The notes under the pieces are model-generated. The model saw only the letters and a list, made by a program, of their open reading frames with translations. It was not told the DNA's origin and did no database searches. From positions 3,581 through 67,580 of the forward strand of contig JBBQHI010000018.1 in the NCBI GenBank assembly GCA_038323835.1: 64,000 nucleotides of DNA, given 5' to 3'. This document shows positions 57,504 through 64,000 of this stretch, piece by piece; positions within the stretch are counted from its first letter, which is position 1, and each line of letters starts with the position of its first letter. This stretch comes from Solirubrobacterales bacterium (GTDB taxonomy: Bacteria > Actinomycetota > Thermoleophilia > Solirubrobacterales > Thermoleophilaceae). A program made the translations under genes and the position numbers.

Positions 57504-57553
57504 CTCATCGTTGTGCCTGCAAACGCGCAGGTTCTAGGGCTACGAAGGTGAGG

Positions 57554-58426
57554 CTATCCGGGGCCTGACGCCAGATCAACACCACTACCGGTCGCGCGCG
57601 CGTCGAGGCGGGCACGTATCGCCGCATCCGAATCGCGCGCGAGGTGCCCGTAGTGCTTGTCGATGGTCTTCACCGAGGCGCCCATGATCCCTGCCAACTC
57701 GAAGATCGAGACGCCGGCTGCGAGCGCCTCCGTCGCGAACGTGTGCCTCAGCTGGTACGGACCACGCTTCGCAATGCCGGCCGCGTCGAGGGCCGGGTAC
57801 CACGCCCGGGTGCGCCACGCGTCGAGGCCGATGTGGCCGCCCCTGGGGGCGGGGAACAGGAGCGTGGTGTCGAGTCTCGGTGGCAGCTGGTCGAGCGCCC
57901 CGACCGCGCGCCCGGTCAGCGGCACGCGCCGTCGCGACCCGACCGTCTTCGGGTAAGGGGTGAGCACCCCCTCGGCGTAGCGGCGCTGCACGACCACGGC
58001 CACGATGACCGGTCGATGTCGCGGCGCTCCAGCGCCAGCCACTCGTTCGTGCGCAACCCGGTCTCGGCCGCGAACATCACGAGCGGGCCGTATCTCGGCC
58101 CCAGCTCGATGGCCAGCGCGTCGATCTCTTCGCGCGTGAACGGCAACAGCTCCTCGCTGCGGGGCTCCGGGTTGCGACCAGCGTCGATCGCCGGGTTCCG
58201 CCCCATGTAGCGCCAACGCACAGCGGCGCCGAGCGCCTGCCGTAACGCCAACGCCAGCCGGTAGCGACGTGTCCGCCAGCCCGGCCCGCCAGCGGGCGAT
58301 GTCGTCGGCGGCACCCTCAAGCTCGCGCAGCGTCCACCCGCCGAATACCCGGCGCGCCGGTGCCAGCCGCTCCGCTTCAACGCCCTTTCGTTTGATGTCG
58401 AGGACTTCGATACCGCTGGCCTTCAC
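57554..58426 (-). pseudogene. tyrosine recombinase (phage-type integrase) with two compensating frameshifts
   Basis: The N- and C-terminal parts are in the frame of ORF 57554..58426 (PKTVGSRRRVPL, LRHTFAT, HYGHL). The central part, including AETGLRTNEW with the first catalytic Arg, reads only in the frame of ORF 57916..58380. The switches are near 58265 and 58010. Confidence 0.75.
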
Positions 58427-58833
58427 GCGGATGGCGGGAGGTCGCGGCTGACCGCCCCGATCGATGGGATCTACCAGGTCAACGCTGGGGTCGTGTGGCG
58501 GCCGGGCCCGTCGGGGAACCGCGATCTAAGGGTGACCCGAAACGGCGGGTGTTGCTTCGCGACAAGCGAGTTGAGTGCCAACGCCGGCGGCGGTAACCGG
58601 ACGACTCATCAGGCGGTGTCCGACCTGATGCGTCTTTCCGCAGGCGATTTCGTCCAGGCGTTCGCGGCGCAAGAGAGCGGCAGTCCGGTGACGGTTGGAG
58701 GCTACGGGACCACCTTCTTGACGATGGCTTGGGTGGGGCCGCTGCCCAAATAAATTGGTTGAGACTCGATGGTCGCTGCCCGGCCGGCGACCCTTTGCGT
58801 CTCGCCAGCGACGGGGTCTCTGGACGCGACCGC

Positions 58834-59193
58834 CTATGCCGGCGAGAGATCGACCGCGCGAAGGATGGGGTCACGTACGGGTCCTCGCTTCAGTCCGTGA
58901 TAGTCCACCGTCGCCGGGATGTGCGGGGTCACCCACCGGATGCGATGGTTCCGACGTCGGGCCGGAAGAACGTTCGCTTCCAGGAGGCCCCCCAGCTTCT
59001 GCCGCGCGGCCACATCAAGCCCGTAGGAGGCGCTGCCAGCCGGCTCGATGCCATTGACTACGGACCGGGCGAGCAGAAAGCTCTCGAGCTGGCCCGGGCG
59101 TGACAGTGCCCACCCAGTGATCAGCATCTGTTCGCGAGGCCCTTCACGCGGGGGAGCGGGTACTCCTTGCCGTGCCGGGCGGCGGTCGGCCAA
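58834..59193 (-). CDS. hypothetical ORF, possibly a gene remnant
   Basis: ORF track only. It shows a weak resemblance to N-terminal regions of actinobacterial DUF559-associated proteins (GLKRGPVRDPILRAVDL). Confidence 0.2.
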   Translation of the reverse strand: MADRRPARQGVPAPPREGPREQMLITGWALSRPGQLESFLLARSVVNGIEPAGSASYGLDVAARQKLGGLLEANVLPARRRNHRIRWVTPHIPATVDYHGLKRGPVRDPILRAVDLSPA

Positions 59194-59295
59194 CCTGGCC
59201 GCGCCCCGTCCCCCGGCAAACTCCGGGCGGGCTCGTTTCTCTATTGCCCAAGCGACCTTCGCGCGGAGAGGCTCGTCGCCCTGGTCAACGGGGGC

Positions 59296-60873
59296 TCACG
59301 TTCCGCCGAGCGGGCGGAGGGCGGGCGTGTTGCGGCCGCCCTCGATCGCGAACAGCTGCACCGCGTTGGCGCCCTGGCGGAGCGCGCTTTCGGGAATCAT
59401 GACGGTGAAGAAGCGGCTGACGTCTCCCTTGAGGGCGATCGCGGGCGCGGTCGCCACGATCGTTCCGTTGACGGCGACCGCGAGGTCACGCGGGGCACCG
59501 CTGCCGGGACCTGTCAGTCGGCCGGTCACCTTCACCGGCGGTGACTGCGAGTCGAGCTGGACTTCGCCGAACCAGTCGGGGTAGTCGATCTCCGCGTGGA
59601 TGGGGCCGGCTGGCAACGCCGGCCAGCTCGCGGCGAGGGTGCCATGCATTTCTCGATGTGGTCCGATCCCAAACAGACCGCGGGGACCGTCGTTGGTGCC
59701 GAAGAGCCTCAGCTTCAGCCGCAAGGAGTCCGCGGCGCGGCGGCGGAGCGCTTTCGGAGTCAGCACGATGCGCTCCCCGGAGCGCTTGATCATCACGGTC
59801 GAGCGAGGGATCCCCCGCGCCGCCGGCCCGAACACCGATCGTCCCTCGACCCGCCAGTCAGGACGAAGTCGCGCGATCCGCGCGATCGTCGGCGCGATGT
59901 CGATGTTGCGGACGTGGCGACGGTCGATCCGCCCGGCGTGCTGGAACGGCAGCTTCACGAACAGCGGCGTGAGGGCGATGTCGCCGACGTTGCGCCGGTC
60001 GATCTCGTGACCGTTACCGGGCCGGCCGAAGCTCTCGCCGTTGTCAGCGGTGACCACGATCAGCGAGCGGTCATAGAGCCCGGTGGCCCGCAACCGCTCA
60101 AGCACGCGGCCGAGCAGACGATCGGTGAACTCGACCTGCAACAGGTGCCGCTGATACTTCTGCTGGATGAGCCACGGGTGCGAGTGCCAGTCGTCCCACG
60201 ACGCGTGTTCGCTCGGACCGTCGTAGTAAGTCTGCCCCGACGGCAGATAAACCCACGGCGAATGCGGCAGCAGCACATGCTTGAAGTAGAAGGTCGGGCG
60301 TGGCGACGGCCGCACGCGCTCCAGCCAGCTCGCCAGCCGCTCCGGACGGCCCGCTCCCAGCTGGCGGTCGAGCGACTCCCTGTTCTGGGGGAGCACGTTC
60401 GGGCAGAGCCGCTTCGGGCAGAAGCTCGTGGCCTCCTCGCCAGCCTCGATTCGGTACCGACGACCGAGCAACGTGAAGAGGTTGTTCGGGTGGTTGGCGT
60501 AACTCGGCTTGGCGAAGCGCCACGACGTTCGGCCAGTAAAGAGTGACCGCATCGCACGCCCGGTCTCATCTAGCGACGCGGTGGCGTACGGAAACCAGGT
60601 CGAGTCTGCCGCGAGACGAGCAAATGTCGGAAAGCGAACGCTGTCAATCCGGCTGCGGGCGTTGAGCAGAGAGACGGTCGAAAACTCGTCAAAGACGATC
60701 ATCACCACGGGCGGACGTCCGGCGGCCGCGTCCCCCGCCCGATATCCCCGCACCGTCTGGGACAACCCAGTCGTCGTTCCAACCAGCCCAAGCGCGCAGC
60801 ACGCGCCAACGGTGGCAGCGGCACTAACCCTTAAAGCGGGCCACTCGAAAAATCGGAACAAGCGTCCCCTCAT
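59296..60873 (-). CDS. sulfatase-like / alkaline-phosphatase superfamily membrane-anchored protein
   Basis: ORF 59296..60873 contains PPVVMIVFDEFS, HVLLPHSPW and VVTADNGESFG. Confidence 0.75.
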   Translation of the reverse strand: MRGRLFRFFEWPALRVSAAATVGACCALGLVGTTTGLSQTVRGYRAGDAAAGRPPVVMIVFDEFSTVSLLNARSRIDSVRFPTFARLAADSTWFPYATASLDETGRAMRSLFTGRTSWRFAKPSYANHPNNLFTLLGRRYRIEAGEEATSFCPKRLCPNVLPQNRESLDRQLGAGRPERLASWLERVRPSPRPTFYFKHVLLPHSPWVYLPSGQTYYDGPSEHASWDDWHSHPWLIQQKYQRHLLQVEFTDRLLGRVLERLRATGLYDRSLIVVTADNGESFGRPGNGHEIDRRNVGDIALTPLFVKLPFQHAGRIDRRHVRNIDIAPTIARIARLRPDWRVEGRSVFGPAARGIPRSTVMIKRSGERIVLTPKALRRRAADSLRLKLRLFGTNDGPRGLFGIGPHREMHGTLAASWPALPAGPIHAEIDYPDWFGEVQLDSQSPPVKVTGRLTGPGSGAPRDLAVAVNGTIVATAPAIALKGDVSRFFTVMIPESALRQGANAVQLFAIEGGRNTPALRPLGGT

Positions 60874-60957
60874 AGGTCAGACCCGAGCCTAACCCGACGA
60901 GCCCCAGTGGCGCGCAGGTCAGCCAGGAACTTCTCGAGCCAACACCGCCCGCTGGCA

Positions 60958-61238
60958 TCAGGATGCCCTGCCCCGGCCCCGTCGGGCGGCGAGTACATCG
61001 AACAGGTTCTCAACATCCGCCGGGACGTCCTCCCCGGCGAGCCGCAGCTGACGGGCGATCTTCACCGGCATGTCATCGCACTTCGCCGCCACCTGGGCCG
61101 TCACCATCGCAGCCCTAGCCTGCTCAAGATTGGCCTTCAACCGCTCCTGAAGGTGCTCAACATCAGTCCCCCCCTGAAATCCGCTTTTTCTCCCAGCGAT
61201 GTAGCGCGGTGTTCGTCTGGGAGCGGGGTCTTGCTCAT
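60958..61238 (-). pseudogene. small hypothetical gene interrupted at a C7/G7 homopolymer
   Basis: ATG 61238 follows GGGGAGGGGG. The frame changes at the 7-C run 61168..61174, and the reading continues in the frame of ORF 60958..61446. Length is 281 nt. Confidence 0.35.
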
Positions 61239-61654
61239 GCGGTCCCCCTCCCCCGGCTGGCGGATTGACTGGGATAAACAGGGCTGTTTGCGGGCACGCT
61301 CTTCGACGGGATATCGGGGGAGCTGTTCCCCCGGAGGGGACTGGTAAGGGTCGTGGACGCGGGCGGCCCCCGCTCTCAACTCGACACCATCGACAGGGCC
61401 TACGGGGTCGCGGTCGACGGGCAAGGTCAGCCGCTGCCCGGGCCAACCATCTGCTCCACTTTCCCGGGTTCCTTTGGGCCCCTCGTATCTCCGTTCGGCC
61501 CCGTCACAGCCGACATCGTCGTCCACGACAAGCCGGTTGGTCCGACCTCCAAGGACCAGTGAAAGGACGGCGGCTATGTCCGGATTGACCGGGGTCGGGG
61601 TGGCTGCCCGGCCACGCATTGCGGGCGCTCTGGACTCGGCCGAAAGGGTGCCCG

Positions 61655-62310
61655 ATGAGGCACAGGGCGGTGATTGTCATCTCGGCGCTTGTGGCGGCGG
61701 TCCTTGCAGCGCCGGGATCCGCGGTGGCGGCCACAACTATCGACACAACAGGCTCGTGGGAGGGCGAGGGCGGAGTCTGCCCCTTCGGGCGTCCAGGTGA
61801 CGCGACAATGGGTCAGGTAGTCACCGTGCCGTCCGAGGACCCGGTCCTGGACAGCTTCACCTTTTACATCAAAAGCTTTGGGTCTCCCAGCACCATCGTC
61901 CTTCGCGGCGAGGTGTACGCCTGGGATGGCACCAAGGCCACGGGCCCGAACCGGTGGGAAGGCCCCCAACGCACCCTGACCCCGCCCAGCACATTTCAAG
62001 AGGTGACGTTCAACACCGGGGGCGTCCAGCTGGCGGCCGGACAGCAGTACGTCCTCTTTGCGAGCGTCTCGAAGGACTACGAACAGAACGCGGATCAAAG
62101 TTGAGGCTGCTGGGATACATCTTCCCCGACGTGTACAACGGCGGAGACTTCGTCTCCCAGAGCAACGGCGGCGATGAGTCGCAGTGGACCAGCCGCGACT
62201 GGTTTACGCCGTCTTTCGGGGGCCCCGACGACCATGTCGACAGCGCCTTCAAGGCGTCGTTTTCGGCGGCCCTGCCGACCTCCAAGGCGCAGTGCAAGAC
62301 CGGGGGCTGA
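61655..62310 (+). pseudogene. secreted hypothetical protein gene with a frameshift near 62095 and an in-frame TGA
   Basis: ATG 61655 gives the signal peptide MRHRAVIVISALVAAVLAAPGSAVA. The reading frame moves from ORF 61619..62104 to ORF 61954..62310. Length is 656 nt. Confidence 0.5.
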
Positions 62311-62424
62311 CGCGACTTCGGCACCACCTTCAAGAACCAGGGCAAGTGTGTGGCGTTCGTGCAGCGAGGGGTCAAGCCCGTCCCATACCTGACGATTGCG
62401 CCGAGGCGGGATACTGGGCGGGCG

Positions 62425-62841
62425 ATGTCGCAGGAAAACGTGGAGATCGTGCGGCGGGCCATCGGGCCGATGTCGCAGGACGTGGCCGAAGCCGACGCGA
62501 GGGAGGCCTCCGTGCAGAGGCTCGCACCCGGGGTCGAGTTCGAGGAGGACCCGCGGTTCCCGGAGGCCCGCACATATCGCGGCCGTGGCGAGGTCCTGGG
62601 CTACTTCACGGACTTCGTCTCGCAGTTCGAGCACTTCGTACTTGACGTGGAGGACCTCGTGGCCTCCGGTACCGATGACGTGCTTGCCTGCCTGCACATC
62701 CACGGCCGCGGCAAGGGAAGCAGCGCCGAGTTCGACGTTCGGCCGGGCTGGGTCTTCACCGTCCGCGAGGGCGAGGTCGTCCGCATCAGGGCCTACCTCG
62801 ACCGTGCCGAAGCCCTCGAAGCTGTGGGGCTGTCGGAGTAG
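62425..62841 (+). CDS. SnoaL-like / NTF2 family protein
   Basis: ATG 62425 (MSQENVEIVRRA...). The size and the C-terminal REGEVVRIRAYLDRAEAL are typical of NTF2-like proteins. Confidence 0.7.
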   Translation: MSQENVEIVRRAIGPMSQDVAEADAREASVQRLAPGVEFEEDPRFPEARTYRGRGEVLGYFTDFVSQFEHFVLDVEDLVASGTDDVLACLHIHGRGKGSSAEFDVRPGWVFTVREGEVVRIRAYLDRAEALEAVGLSE

Positions 62842-62945
62842 GACGCCCACTCAGGCGGTCTGACGGTCCCGCTGCTCACGCATCTTGATCGCGGTCTCCC
62901 GCTGGCGGATGGCGATGCCGTGGCCGTGCGGCACCGGAAGGGGCT

Positions 62946-63530
62946 TTACTCCGCCTCCTCGAGTTCGGCGAGTTTCTGTTGTTCGACCTCGCCTAGGTCA
63001 GCCGCCCGTTCGCGATACCGCCGTGCGTCGTCGGCCGTGAGTTGCCAGCCGGGGCGGACGAGCTCCACGGCAGTCGTGGCCGGCCCCCGGCCCTTCGTGC
63101 CGGTAGGCACTCGGTGCGCGAGCTCGGCATCGAATGGAACTCGTGGTCGAGCTTCCGGTCCAACCCGTGCACGAAGCGCGACAGCGCGCCTGAGGTCACC
63201 CGGTGCTCGGCCAGGTCAGCTTCCGGAGCTTTCAGCTCGGCGGCCTGGTTAACCACCGTCGCCGCCCGGGACATGTATCCCGCGATCCACTCGTAGATGG
63301 CGAGGTTCGACCGGACTGCGGCCTTGGCGGCGCTTGAGCTCGCGGATCGCCGCCTTGGTGCCCTGCACAGCGGCCTGGGTGTCGATCAGCTTCTTGGAAA
63401 CGGCCTTGATCTTCGGACCGTCGAGGGCGGCGGCCCCGAGCTCACGCTCCGCCGCCTCCTCCTCGGTCTCCTCCTGGGCAAGTCGTGCTCGCAGCTCATC
63501 GATGGTGGGCGTTTCGGTAGTGGTGCTCAT
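62946..63530 (-). pseudogene. coiled-coil hypothetical gene with two compensating frameshifts
   Basis: The frame of ORF 63249..63530 holds to about 63330. The frame of ORF 62993..63274 then holds to about 63120. The first frame then resumes (FDAELAHRVPTG...LAELEEAE, TAA at 62946). Confidence 0.4.
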
Positions 63531-63739
63531 GAAGTTTCTCCTCGGATCTCTTCAAGGTGCTCGTCGGGGGAGATCTGCTCGAGACGGTTGTGATGCTCGG
63601 CCAACCGGTGATCACGCTCGCGACGCTCGACCCAGTCCCGGTTCCAGCCCGCCGCTTCGAGCTCGTCCTCGCTCGGGACGTCGCGACGGCGAGGCGGGAT
63701 GCCGGTGAGGTCGAACCGCGACCAGTCGCCAGGGGACAT
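63527..63739 (-). CDS. small hypothetical protein
   Basis: ORF 63527..63739. Its stop overlaps the next ATG (ATGA), and GAGGAG precedes its ATG. Confidence 0.4.
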   Translation of the reverse strand: MSPGDWSRFDLTGIPPRRRDVPSEDELEAAGWNRDWVERRERDHRLAEHHNRLEQISPDEHLEEIRGETS

Positions 63740-63802
63740 CTCCTCGGGCGTCAGAAAGGTCTCAGGGTCTTCATCGTCCGTCCTTTGTTCGAAGGGCCAA
63801 GT

Positions 63803-64000
63803 TCATGCGTCCCGGCCGGCAGACCGGTGGTGGGACCAGGCGAGACCCTCCACGGCGGTGGAAACGTCAATGGCCTTAGCCACCGACCAGTCACCAGCCG
63901 GGGCCCACCGCGACCGGCTGGCCACGGCAGACCGCACCCAACCGTCCGGTACCTCCTCGCCGAAAAGCTCCGCCGCCGCAGCACGTAACGCCGTGAAGCG
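63803..64000 (-). CDS. 3' end of an ORF entering from the right window edge
   Basis: Manual translation gives ...RFTALRAAAAELFGEEVPDGWVRSAVASRSRWAPAGDWSVAKAIDVSTAVEGLAWSHH..., ending at TGA 63803. It is more protein-like than the overlapping track ORF. Confidence 0.25.
   Translation of the reverse strand, partial: RFTALRAAAAELFGEEVPDGWVRSAVASRSRWAPAGDWSVAKAIDVSTAVEGLAWSHHRSAGRDA

Larger units (their letters stand above)
57504..64000. mobile_element. probable decayed integrative element / genomic island at the tRNA-Asp 3' end (far boundary not in window)
   Basis: A tyrosine-recombinase gene starts 50 nt after the tRNA. GC looks lower than upstream. Frameshifted genes are clustered here. No copy of the tRNA 3' end was found further right. 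Confidence 0.45.

Noticed and set aside
62308-62310. TGA as a selenocysteine codon
   Set aside because: The motif position expects Trp, not Cys/Sec. No hairpin resembling a bacterial SECIS follows immediately, and the gene is already frameshifted upstream.
63751-63984. 77-aa track ORF at the right edge
   Set aside because: The translation is Arg/Pro/Gly-rich. A different frame (63803..64000) gives a more protein-like sequence, so I did not call this one.
57504-64000. attR copy of the tRNA-Asp 3' end inside the window
   Set aside because: I looked by eye for GGTTCGAGTCCCGTCGCTCGCG or its complement to the right of the integrase and found no match. The island boundary is therefore unresolved, and no repeat feature is reported.

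Overview
Gene-dense, very GC-rich bacterial chromosome segment. Its style looks Actinomycetota-like: frequent GTG/TTG starts, many 4-nt start/stop overlaps, lipobox lipoproteins, an ECF sigma factor and almost no intergenic space. The taxon is an inference only. I support about 60 protein-coding genes, 2 tRNAs (Ser-GCT, Asp-GTC), several candidate operator or terminator structures and several disrupted genes. I saw no rRNA, CRISPR array or intact IS element. Main functional blocks: (i) secreted hydrolases and envelope enzymes at 1.7-21 kb (S33, CocE/NonD, SGNH, PI-PLC-like, GH5); (ii) a translationally coupled CE4 deacetylase / GT28-like glycosyltransferase / Kelch lipoprotein / YVTN lipoprotein operon at 16.5-21.1 kb; (iii) an ABC-2 exporter with a LolA-like protein; (iv) an L,D-transpeptidase with a sigma-region-4-like N-terminus, an ECF sigma and ogt, next to tRNA-Ser; (v) a metal-binding-protein gene with a Zur-like box, and an OmpR/HK/PepSY unit; (vi) a cfa / DUF1365 / FAD-oxidoreductase cluster; (vii) a contiguous phosphate and polyphosphate module (ppk1, sixA, ppx-phoU-pstBACS) with Pho-box-like repeats and a receiver-less OmpR-type paralog; (viii) a cupredoxin and membrane-protein cluster; (ix) from tRNA-Asp to the right edge, a lower-GC decayed island with a doubly frameshifted integrase and several broken genes. 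I found no obvious defence or toxin system. The most unusual items are blocks (ii), (iv), the regulatory part of (vii), and (viii). Many long ORFs in the track are antisense shadow ORFs typical of high-GC DNA and were rejected. All function calls come from reading motifs by eye; no database search was possible.
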